64,000 bases of DNA, taken from Fistulifera solaris (lineage: Eukaryota). Location of the stretch: NCBI GenBank assembly GCA_030295235.1, contig AP026134.1, positions 682,001 to 746,000 on the forward strand. The letters run 5' to 3'. The notes beneath the pieces were generated by a model. It worked only from the letters and a program-made list of their open reading frames with translations, was not told the origin of the DNA and did no database searches. This document shows positions 11,914 to 22,542 of the stretch, piece by piece (position 1 is the stretch's first letter; the number at the start of each line of letters is the position of its first letter). The position numbers and the translations under genes were made by a program.

Positions 11914-12619
11914 ATGTCGGACAACGAAGACGACACGAAAGATGAAGAGACCGAGATGATGGATATGTTGGATTTGACGTCGAAGAAAAAGAAGAAGAAA
12001 AAAGCCCAAGAAGGAAGGGGAAAAGGCTGCCTCCACTGAAGGAACCTCCGCGGCAACGATGAACGAACAGCAGGCTCTTCTTCAACAGCAAGATGAAGAT
12101 CAGGAGATGGATGACGGCAACGATCGGCGGGCAAATTACTCTTACGACGAGCTCCTTGATCGTGTGGTGGATTTGTTGCAAGCCAATAACCCGGATTTGG
12201 TGGAGAAGAAGCGCACTCGTATCAAACCGCCGCAGCTGCAAATGATTTCAAGTCGAAAGACTCTTTGGGTCAACTATCAAGAGATCTGCAGTATGATGCA
12301 ACGTGACCCTCTCCATGTGTATCAATTTTTCATGGCCGAGCTCGGAACCGAAGGTTCGATCGATGGTAATCAGCGTTTGATCATCCGTGGACGATATTTG
12401 AGCAAGTACATCGAGTCGCTCTTGCGTAAATATGTGGTGGAGTATGTTACCTGTGAAATGTGCCGTTCGGCGAATACTGATTTGGTGAAAGACTCGGGTA
12501 GTCGTTTGTACTTTTGCAATTGCCGCGACTGTGGTAGTAGCCGTTCCGTAGCTGTCATTAAGTCGGGATACCACGCGACGAGTCGTGCGGATCGTCGTGC
12601 AGCACGAAACAACAAGTAG
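11914..12619 (+). CDS. EIF2S2: Translation initiation factor eIF2 beta subunit
   Basis: Lysine box KKKKKK, YSYDELLDR, AELGTEGSIDG, C2-C2 finger CEMC...CRDCG. Frameshift in the A-run near 12000. Confidence 0.95.
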
Positions 12620-13317
12620 TAGTAAATGATTATTAATGCGAGCCTTTGACAGCAGAGAGCGTGCGACTCTTAACTTTGTTGTTGTATGCTATCTAGCCTT
12701 GGTCGTTACCCTCAGTAGCTGTTTTTTCGTTGAGCGTTCGCTCAAACGACGCGAGAAAATTCCAATAACAACTACTGTAATGAATCTCTTGTCCAAACGG
12801 TATCGATCTGGTCTTACTTTAGACGAGAACCTTCATGCTTCAAGTTCAAACTACTGGTGTAGAAAGAATAGGACGCTAATGATGAAACGGAACTGTCAAC
12901 GCTCAGAAGACCGAAATGATAAAACTCAATGCAGGGTCCATTTACTTTGTAGATTAGGATTTGATAGATGACAACAGGAATCAGAGAAAGTCTTTTTAGG
13001 GGGTAAATTTTGTTCAAGTAAGTCATGGATTACGATCTAGTCGCTATCGTTAAGGTGCAGGAGTCTCTAGAGCCCAATACAAAGACTCACAACTCATGAC
13101 TGAAATTCAGTCCTGAGAAACGGTTGCTTACAATTTGGTACTATAGTGAGTTATCGATGTGCAATAAACCGCAAGAGAAATCGCATTGGATCGAAGAAAA
13201 CAACCCGACAGATAAAATACCAGGTACAAGTAATGTATGATTGATGCACTTCATCGTCTTTCGTTTACATCAACTAAGCAATCGAGAATTCACTTTTCTT
13301 CTACGGCATTAGACAGT

Positions 13318-15174
13318 ATGACAATATCGAATATTATTCTTTGTGCACTACTCTGTATTGTCGCGTTGAGTTCATCTGTCAATGCTTCCATCGTAGAATG
13401 CCCCGCCCCTAGTGCAATGCTCGAAGCAATGAACGCAGAAAGTGACGAAAGAAGAAGGATCGCGCAACAAGCGATCGAATGTCACTTGTACTTGGCTGAG
13501 TCAACTATTACTGGCGCTGGATTGGGGATATTTTCCGCCGTCGAAAAAAGGCCAGGTGATAAGGTTGGGCATGGAGATGTTTGTATTCCAGTCATCGATC
13601 TTTACTGGCATAACTACAACTTGGAACCAAACCCTTTAAAGGATTACTTCTGGGCGGGAAAAGCGATGGGAATGCACACAGAGACCGCGACGGAAGATAA
13701 GGAGGCATACTGTCCAGGACTGGATTGCGCCATTAATTGTCACCTCGGTCTCATCAATGTGGGAAAATCAACTCCGCAGTACGATGCCGATGTCGGGGAT
13801 TCCAGTACTCCCTACCACAATGGTACAACCGAAGTAACACGGTATATTCCTGCTGGAGGAGAACTCTTCAAATTTTACGGAGATAGCTGGTTCGTATCAC
13901 GAGAGCGTGTCTTTGGGAAGATACCCTTGTCGGGGAGCTATGATATTGCTATGAAAATACTCAAGGCACTCAGAAGGCTTCCGTTCGACGATTCGCTTCA
14001 TGAGGCCATTTTTGTGCTAATTCATAAAATAAATACTGGACCTTTTGAATCCCGACAGCTCAACGCATTTCCGCCGACGTGGCAACAAGTGAAAGACGCT
14101 ATGGAGATCAATGACTTGGCCAGTTGGCAGCAACCACAACACACGCGGTCCGTCGACTGGTTGAAAGAGAATGGTCGATGCATTGATCACATTCGGCCGG
14201 GAATATCAGAAATCGCTGGTCGCGGTGCCTTTGCTACTCGTTTCTTGCCGAGCGACACCATTATAACGACTTCTCCTCTTCACCACTTTCCCGACAGCAA
14301 CGCGATGAAACTCTACAACATTACGCTCTACGACGGAGATTGGATACGACTTGTTGATGAAGTGGTCGGACAGCAATTGCTGGTAAATTACTGTTTTGGT
14401 CATCATGAGTCGACGTTATTGCTTTGCCCCTATGGCTCTGGAGTGAACTACATCAACCACAGCCGGGAACCCAATGTCAGGATCCAGTGGGCTACGACTT
14501 TCGTGACTGCACACAATCACGACATTGTTACCCAGGGAACGATTGAAAGTTTCAAGGATAAGAAACCACTTGTTGCTTTCGACTACGTCGCTATTCGTGA
14601 TATACAAGAAGGCGAAGAATTATTCATCGACTACGGCGATTCATGGCAACAGGCATGGGAGGATCACCAAAGAAATAACAAAACACCAGACTCCTCCCTA
14701 TTGGCGGTAAAATACAACGCGTTGGTAGAGGATACGCCGCTTCGAACCGTAGAGGAGCAGCAACATGACCCATATCCATCCAATCTGCAGATGCGATGTC
14801 ACAAAGTGCTGGTGTATGGAAAACAGAAGAAAGGTCTAGACTTCCGTCGATACTTGTGGCAGGTTACGGATTATGGAGAATCTTGTCGCGTACTTGAACG
14901 ATTCGAAGAAGAAGGCGTCATTTGGTACACAATCGAAGTGGAGGTGTGGGATGCTCGCAAAGATGAAGACAGGACGAAACAAGAAGCCGAATCACCAGCG
15001 GATACCGTCACACAGCTTATCCGAACCGACGTTCCTTGGTCAGCCATTCGTTTTTTCGATGTACCACAGACAACTCCGGTCTATGCCCAAGACGCATTTC
15101 GCCATTACATTGAAATCCCCGACGACTTGTTCCCGAAACAATGGCGAAACCTTATCCAAACCAATGCTTCATGA
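13318..15174 (+). CDS. Secretory-pathway protein with two SET-like methyltransferase domains (diatom BacSET-like)
   Basis: Hydrophobic signal peptide. SET1: YLAESTITGAGLGIF...NCH...GGELFKFYG. SET2: AGRGAFATR...YINHS...EGEELFIDYG. Confidence 0.8.
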   Translation: MTISNIILCALLCIVALSSSVNASIVECPAPSAMLEAMNAESDERRRIAQQAIECHLYLAESTITGAGLGIFSAVEKRPGDKVGHGDVCIPVIDLYWHNYNLEPNPLKDYFWAGKAMGMHTETATEDKEAYCPGLDCAINCHLGLINVGKSTPQYDADVGDSSTPYHNGTTEVTRYIPAGGELFKFYGDSWFVSRERVFGKIPLSGSYDIAMKILKALRRLPFDDSLHEAIFVLIHKINTGPFESRQLNAFPPTWQQVKDAMEINDLASWQQPQHTRSVDWLKENGRCIDHIRPGISEIAGRGAFATRFLPSDTIITTSPLHHFPDSNAMKLYNITLYDGDWIRLVDEVVGQQLLVNYCFGHHESTLLLCPYGSGVNYINHSREPNVRIQWATTFVTAHNHDIVTQGTIESFKDKKPLVAFDYVAIRDIQEGEELFIDYGDSWQQAWEDHQRNNKTPDSSLLAVKYNALVEDTPLRTVEEQQHDPYPSNLQMRCHKVLVYGKQKKGLDFRRYLWQVTDYGESCRVLERFEEEGVIWYTIEVEVWDARKDEDRTKQEAESPADTVTQLIRTDVPWSAIRFFDVPQTTPVYAQDAFRHYIEIPDDLFPKQWRNLIQTNAS

Positions 15175-15720
15175 GTACTATTCTGTCGCAGCACTTACTG
15201 AACCCTTTGCAAACGATTCGAGTTGATTTAATGTTAAAATTTGGCGGTGATAGAACTGGGCCACGACACCACCGGCCACGTTCGTCGTAATTGCAGCGTT
15301 CTCCTGCAGTTGTATCACATCTCATAGAGGGTTATTTTACTTTGAATAACTTTGGTAGACACAGTTTTGGGGCTCGATTCTCTATCATCGCACTTTAAAG
15401 TGATTGAGGATTCTTATGCATTATTTGAATTCAGTCTAAAATTTAGTTACATCGATCTAGTTTTCGTTTCAAGTGTAGGAAATGGGCCCTGTTAGAGCTT
15501 GTTCACGCCCCATGAAGAGTAGCTGTACGTCCACCGGCCACAACACAAAAGTGTAAATCTAGTTGTTCATGATCAGAATCCATATGCTGGGTACCGGGCC
15601 GTTTAAGTGGGTGCGATACAATTTCTGCAAGCATTGATGTTCTGAAATCACACGAATAGCCACGAATAGCCATGAGAAAAGAAGCAGAAATTGTAACGAA
15701 TGCTCAAAAACAGATTGACT

Positions 15721-16188
15721 TCAAAAGGGATCCCCACTGTCTACCGTCAACGCTGACAACACGCTGAGGGGAACGACCTCATCTTGTTCTTTTTCGTCTT
15801 CATCGAAGGAATCTTCTTCTTCGTGTTCCTCGTCTTCATCATTAAGCTCATAAAGCAAAGCTGACTTTCCGGGAGAATTTTCTCGATATTCTGCCCACTG
15901 CAACAAAGACGATGCTTTTCTTCGAATGGCTTCTTCCTCGTCCTCATCCTGCTTTCGTTCGACCCCATCCGTCTTCTTTTCTTCTTCTGCATGATCGTCA
16001 GTTTCGTTCCGCTGTTGCATGACCTGACGCCGCAGACGAAGAATCTCGTTGGAGGCTAACTCCAATTGTCTCTTCAATGACTCGATTTCTTTCACCTGTT
16101 CCGTGTACTTCGACTGGAAAAAGTTTCGTTCTTCTCGCATACAGAAGAGCTGATCTTTCAAGTCGTTGTGCTGATTGAAAAAGTTCAT
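15721..16188 (-). CDS. Hypothetical coiled-coil protein with acidic tail
   Basis: Open frame with heptad-like N-half (EERNFFQSKYTEQVKEIESLKRQL) and E/D-rich C-terminus. Confidence 0.6.
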   Translation of the reverse strand: MNFFNQHNDLKDQLFCMREERNFFQSKYTEQVKEIESLKRQLELASNEILRLRRQVMQQRNETDDHAEEEKKTDGVERKQDEDEEEAIRRKASSLLQWAEYRENSPGKSALLYELNDEDEEHEEEDSFDEDEKEQDEVVPLSVLSALTVDSGDPF

Positions 16189-16670
16189 TTTCGACAACGG
16201 AAGTTAATTGCCTTATCAAAAATCGAATCAACGAGCAGTGTATTCTAATGTTCCGTTACAACAATTATTGACGAGGCAAATGAAGCATGCAAAAATGGAA
16301 AAGAGGTCGACCGGCGAAATGGTTCGATGGAATGAGAAAACGCCAACCGTCAACGTCGAGCGGAATAGGCTTTTCCGTTGATCGGCTTACATACAAATCT
16401 GGGACTGGACAACGGAAAAGAGCCTCGCTTTTCTTGGAATTTAGAAAACCTTAACACCAATCGTCTCCATTTTTCGGACGAGAGGACAGACAAAAGAGTG
16501 GACGGTGAGGATAAACCAAGAAAACCGACGTCGGAAAAAACAGAACCGCAGCGATTGCGATTGCAGTGTTGCGAAGCAAAAGAGAGGATTGATAGCTCTC
16601 TCTAGAGGTCGTCGCTTAACATCGTCTTACTTCAAGCATCAAACACTGTAAATAGATTGGGAATAGAAGA

Positions 16671-17860
16671 ATGATACGATTGCGTCCTTTTCAACAAAGG
16701 CTTATGTCCACGGCGATGGCGATAGAGTTACCCATCCAACACAGCCGTAAACAACTTCCCCCCGTTTGCACAGATCCGGTGCAACTCAAGGAAATGACGA
16801 GCGAAATACTTCAGGCACCGATAGGGTCTCTATTCTCTTACGATATGCAAGTCACGGAGAAGGATATAGATCGACACCGTGACGAAGCTTGGAACAAGGC
16901 CGATCTGACCGTACAAAAGTGGAATTTCTCTTGCGAGGTCACTCTGCCGGCATTGAGGGCACCATTTGGAACCGTTGGCTCGAACAAAAAGCAACTCATG
17001 ATGATTCTCAAGTTATGCAAAGCTTGTTGGATCGAATATGGCAAGAAGGGCAGGTTTACATGACCATGCGGACGCAGCGTATGGATGAGCTATTCGGGCA
17101 GGAAGAAGACAGTGAGGAAGATTTAGAAGGCATTCACAAAAATATTGAAGAATTGGCTAGAACTGGAACGCTTGAATACGATGGAGGTAGCAGTGAAAGT
17201 GAAAGCGATAGTGATTTTTCCAGTGATGATGAGGATCCAGCTGCTTCCTACGATAACGACTTTGCCTTCCCTGGACCAACGACTGCCATGTATGAGACAG
17301 TTCTTGATTCATTGGCATGTCAGGGCCGCGAAATTCACGCCAGCTGGGATCTTTTACAAGATGTGCTCGGCAGACATAATCTTGATGGGGGCGATGAGTT
17401 CAATACAAATGAATTTACTCGTCCATCGATAGTGTGCTTCAACACTCTGATTCGAGTCGCAGCCAATCATAAGTATGATGCTTCGAAATCAGATGTAAAG
17501 AACCGTGATCATGCGCTTCTACTCGCCTTTCAGTCATACGATGCTCTCAAGCAATGTAAACTGGTGGAAGCGAATAGTGCCACTTATTGTTATCTGCTCC
17601 AGACAGTGTCCAAATACTTTCCGCCCTCGAAAAGCCGAGGGAATATCGCGCACGGGATGTGGCATCAGGCTTGCACACAAGGCTTGGTGGACGATTCGGT
17701 TATCCAAGCCTATTTAAATGTCAATAGCCCGAGTAATGGAAGCGAATTCGACGAGTACATCAAGAATAATTTGGAAGGAAAAACGAGACAGACTGTTCCA
17801 CAAAAGTGGACCCAAATGAGCCGAAAGTTAAGACATGATCTCAAAGATGCTTTCTATTAG
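16671..17860 (+). CDS. Putative mitochondrial protein with degenerate PPR-like helical repeats
   Basis: Arg-rich presequence MIRLRPFQQRLMST. PPR-like units PTTAMYETVLDSLA, PSIVCFNTLIRVAA, ANSATYCYLLQTV. One frameshift near 16915. Confidence 0.6.
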
Positions 17861-17973
17861 AATGTGCTTGAATGCAATAAAGTAAATACACTAAAATTGT
17901 TCGCTTTACTTTCGCAGAAGAGCGAATATCTGCTGGATCTTCATCTTATAGCTTCAATGACATATACATGTTG

Positions 17974-20790
17974 CTAGCGTTGGGTTAGACGAGTGATCAA
18001 ATCTGACTTCTTTCCAGAGACCGAAAGTCCTCTCTTTCGAAGCTCATCCTTTAACTGGGCAACGGTCATGGCGGAAAAGTCTACGACTGGGCTCTCTGGT
18101 ACACTTTCTTCAATCTCCCAGAATGCACCTTTTTCGCTTTCCTCAATTTCCATCAACGCTTCATCGGAAGGTTCTTCATCAGGGTCGAATCGTAATGATA
18201 TCTCGCGAGTTGTCCGTGCTAGTTGCTCTTGATCGAGTCGGTCCTCGTCGTTTTCATAGGTTTCTTTTATTTCATTCTTTCGAGAAAACTCAAACGCCTC
18301 TAAAGCAGCAATAAGATCGGCTCTTTTCCCTTTTGTGGAAAGACCTCTTGTACTTAGCTCCCCTCGTAGTTCGGCTAAACTCATTCCATACCAATCTCTT
18401 ATTTCCTCATTTTCAATTTGCGCAAAAGATTCAAACTGGGAATCTTTTCGGCCAGCTTCTGTGAAAACGTCAGATTCAAAATTTCTACAGCCGCCCGGGC
18501 TGCTGCGGCAAGCGCTTCTTCGTCAAATTCGTCGTCAAGATCCGGATATGGCTGATCCGATGGCACATCGAACATATCCTGTGATTCTTTAGGTGGCGTG
18601 ATTTCATCATCGTTGTCGACATCCATATCATCTTCATCAAACAAATCATTACTATACATCTCGACAGCTGCTCTAGCAGCTGCAGCAATGTCGTCCTCGA
18701 AGCTATTCACTTCGGTGTTCTCCGCCCATAGTTCCTCATCGCTGTGTAAATCTGTTGAGCTTAGGGAGTCGGAGGATTGAAGTCTAGCGATAAGTTCAGA
18801 TTTCTTCCCTGCTGTAGCCAGTCCTCTTCGATTTAATTCTTCTTTTAGCTGAACCACAGTAAATTTTGCCCATTCTGCTCCCCCCCGCAAGTATATCACC
18901 CTCTGCATTTCCCTTGATATATTCTTCGTTCCCCATTATTCCTTCTCCCTGAACTTCAAATTCCTCCAATCTCGCCACGAGATCAGCCTTTTACCAACAA
19001 CAGGGAGACCTCGAATCGAGCATTCTTCGCGAAGCTTTGCTACCGTCATCTTAATGTAGTTGGAGCCGACCTTTGCACTTACGTCGTTTGTCATTTGAGA
19101 GTTCCACTCGTTGCGTGTCGCAAGTTTCTCTTTGTTATTTCATCCTGTAGCTCTTCGTAACTGTCAACAGCAGCGCGAGCCGCAGCCGCAAGGGCCTCGA
19201 TGTCCAGTTCATCTTCGTCATCATCCACGATATCAGACAACGAAGATGCTAGCTTTTCCGCGGCATTCCATTCCGCGTTCTCGTCCTCGTCCGCCATGGC
19301 TTCCGCTAAATTAGCTATTTTCGCTTCTAAGCTCTGTTGAGCTGCACGAATAGAAGCCTGCCAATCATCATCACTAAAGTCATCATCAAAAGCGCGTCCT
19401 CATTTTCTTCAAGAAGCGCAGCTTCCCTTGCTTCCTGTTCCGCGATTAATGCATCTTCAGCTAGCTTCTTCTTCGCCCGTGCGACCTCTGCCAATCGCGC
19501 TTCTTCCGCGAGACGGGCTTCTTCGGCCACTCTCTCCTGCTCAATACGAGCCTCTTCCGCAAGTTGAGCTTCAAATGCAATGCGTTCCCGTTCAGCGCGC
19601 GCTTTTTCAGCTCGTCGAGCCTCTTCTGCAGCTCTTTCCTGTTCCATTCGTGTCTCTTCTGCCATCCGTGCTTCTTGTGCAATACGCTCCCGCTCAATGC
19701 GAGCTTCTTCTGCTAGTCGCGTTTCTTCTGCAAGTCTTTCCTTTTCGATTCGAGCCTCTTCTGCTAAACGGGCCTTTTCTGCTATCCTTTCATCCTCTAA
19801 TCGTTCTTCCTCGGCGATTCTCGCCTCCTCCTCTAGTCGTGCTAACTCGGCACGCTTGGCTTCTTCTAATCGAGCAGCCTCTAGCGCAAATCTTTGTTTA
19901 TCCAGCGCTTCGAAGCGGAATCGTGCTTCCATGAGCGATCTAGATGCTAATTCTGCTTTTTGCTGAGCAGCTTTCAACGCCGCTCTCTGTTTATCACGAG
20001 TTTCGTAGCGAAAGCGGACTTCCATCAGCAATCTCGTTGTTAACTCCACTTTCTGCCGACGACGCAATTCCTGCTCTTTTCCTTCGGCTTCCATCCGCCT
20101 TTCTCTTTGTAATCTTCTTTGCTCCGTGATGGCAGAGATCGCAGCTGGAAGAACGGAATTATCCATCTTGAAAAGCAAATCAGATGTTGCTTTTGCAGCA
20201 TCGAAACTAAGGCTTCCCAGTAAACGGATGACATTTCCCGCTGCGCCTGGTAAAATGGCTGCAACGGCTCCCCCTACGCTGGCGACCCCGGCTGTGACGA
20301 TCCCTTTCCCTCCAATGGCTCCTAATATGGCTGCCGCTAAAGCTGCGCCTTGAATCGTTTTCGAAGGGACTCCTTTTTCAAAATCAGTGGCGGCGAGACT
20401 TTTGAGCCACTCCCCGAATTGTGTAACGACGGTGCGAGCATCATCTTCCTCGAGTCTCGCTACTAACTTTTCTTTCGGGCCATCCGTGGGCAAGTCTCGA
20501 CTGGAAAGCTCTTCGCGCAAACTGCGTTCGGTAAAATCTTCCCATTTCAAGTCGTATGTCTCGCGATCTTTGATAAAAAATAGTTTGTCGGGTGGCGTCT
20601 CGGGCGGGGACGGTTTTCGCCGATTTTCGGGGTCGGACGCAGGAGGCCGCGGAGAAAACCGGCCTTTTGGATCACTGCGCAACTGCGTATGTCTCCGAGG
20701 ACGATGTAATTGGCTTTGTCGATAATGAAACGCAGCCCCGTCTGATATTAGTAGCCAACACAAGGTGGCGAAATGAATGAAAGTTCTCAT
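17974..20790 (-). CDS. Putative plastid-targeted multi-SAP-domain protein with hydrophobic segment and long E/R/A helix
   Basis: Signal peptide ending GAA-F followed by a basic transit-like region. Five SAP motifs (LxxELxxRGLxxxGxKxxLxxRL). Fragments are joined by several frameshifts. Confidence 0.75.
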
Positions 20791-21430
20791 GAAGAAAGCG
20801 GTCCCCTCTGAAACTCTTCTCTATTGTCGTTTTTGTGGCTCTTGCACTCTTGCGGCTGGAACTAGGTAAGCGTCTTTGTCGAAGGTTGCATGCCCAAGCC
20901 GTTTTGGCTGTTATGGTTCTTACCCACTCTATTAGATTGATGAAAGGATGGAAGCTTTGCCAATAATCCGCTAAGCGTCAGCGCTCACTTCTCAACAGTT
21001 TTTGTTTTCAAACTTGAAATGGCTGTTCTCGATCCTTGATCTTGGATCGGCAACGGGTTTGGTACTTCCTTCTTTATAGTCACATGTTTGTCCGACAAGT
21101 ACCGCATGACATCATGATCTTTCTTCAACGACAAAGCAAAACGGAGGCTATCCCTACTCTTAATGGTTTTCGTTTCTTGGTGGCATCAGGCGAGAACAAT
21201 ACCAACGGTCAAGTCTGCCGGATATATAACGTCTATTGCCGAGAATCAACTATAAAATATATACAGATGGATGATTCTTTAGTCACTTATAGGATTGGAA
21301 CTGCATGCTCGAAAGTGGCGAAAGTGCAACGGACATTATGTGGATGAAAAAATAACACACCGCAATATGATTCATTTCAACGATTATACCCCTGGAACAT
21401 TCTGTGGCTTGTGAAAACGCTCCAAGTAAA

Positions 21431-22390
21431 ATGGCATCAACGCTATTACTTCGTATCTTACTTCTATTCGTAGCTATCCCCGCCGCTCGTGGACAGGGAT
21501 GCACGCTGTGTGCGGACGGTTCGGAACCGAGCGGGACGATTGGTGCGGAAGATTGCTCGGTCCTCGCGGAGCAAGCATTGGCCAATGTTCCCAGTGTTTC
21601 GAGTATTTGCACGGATCTTCAAACCAGAGGCTTTCAATTTTGCAATTGCCCGACACTTCCGGAGGGTGCTACGTGCTCGCTTTGTGCCGATGGCTTCTTT
21701 GAAATTGATAATCCGAATCGCGCGATTCCCACCTTCAACACAACCTGCGGAGATGTACTTTTCTCGGTAGAACCCGAACAGTGTCAGCGCAATGTACGGG
21801 CACAGTATTATTGTGGATGCCCCGAAGCTGTCCCATCAACGAATTGCTCGCTCTGTCCGCTGGATCCGGAAGCGTTCGCACCCGACCAAGTCCTTTCGAA
21901 TCCCAACCGTCGAGTGCCGCCCACATTTGAAAATACTTGCCAAGACTACGATGATGCCACATCCATGTTTGATGAGGACACCTGCGGACAGTTGTCAGAA
22001 AATTTGCCGATTAATCTGTCGGGGTACTGTGGTTGCCCCGCCGGGGATGCTTCCTCCGAAGTCTCTTGTACCCTCTGTCCGGAAGGAAGCCCGGTCCTGA
22101 CCGACACAGTGGCATCCACAGCGGGAGGGTTTCAGCAAACCTGCGGCGACATGGCGAGCGTGGCGGAATTTGTGACGGATCAGCAATACTGCGACTCACA
22201 AATCGTTCCATTGCGAGCGACGTGTTGCGAAGGGCAAACCGCGAGTCCTACCGGGGCGCCTGTAGGCTCGCCACCGACCAGCGAGCAAACGAGCCCGACC
22301 GCCGAAACACCAGTGACCGAAAGTAGTCGAGCGTCACAACTGTTGACTTGCTTCGCGTGGGTGCTAATCGCCCTTTGTTGGACGTTGTAG
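21431..22390 (+). CDS. Cysteine-rich secreted, probably GPI-anchored surface protein
   Basis: Signal peptide, four CxLC-initiated repeats ending CxCP or CC, S/T/P-rich stalk, hydrophobic C-terminus. Confidence 0.8.
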   Translation: MASTLLLRILLLFVAIPAARGQGCTLCADGSEPSGTIGAEDCSVLAEQALANVPSVSSICTDLQTRGFQFCNCPTLPEGATCSLCADGFFEIDNPNRAIPTFNTTCGDVLFSVEPEQCQRNVRAQYYCGCPEAVPSTNCSLCPLDPEAFAPDQVLSNPNRRVPPTFENTCQDYDDATSMFDEDTCGQLSENLPINLSGYCGCPAGDASSEVSCTLCPEGSPVLTDTVASTAGGFQQTCGDMASVAEFVTDQQYCDSQIVPLRATCCEGQTASPTGAPVGSPPTSEQTSPTAETPVTESSRASQLLTCFAWVLIALCWTL

Positions 22391-22542
22391 TATATCCCGG
22401 AGTAGAAAGGATCTCTTAGAACACAAAAGAAACGCCCCGCAATTTCTTTCGCCACCTTGTCGATGGGCTTGGTATTTAATTTATTCATAAAAGAAAAAGA
22501 TAATGTTTTCATACTTTAGGCATTTAGTTTTACGGTGATCGT

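Noticed and set aside
6950..12619. Pseudogene or programmed-frameshift calls for PSF1, the DEAD-box gene and eIF2beta
   Set aside because: Breaks fall in homopolymers throughout the window, including essential genes; sequencing error is the simpler explanation.
12879..12970. AUGAUGA-initiated intergenic segment as a snoRNA
   Set aside because: No canonical D box and no identifiable guide.
15651..15670. Direct repeat CACGAATAGC x2
   Set aside because: A single 10-bp duplication with no further structure.
19337..20725. Long plus-strand ORFs rich in Ser/Ala/Arg
   Set aside because: They are antisense shadows of the repetitive E/R/A helix of the SAP protein.
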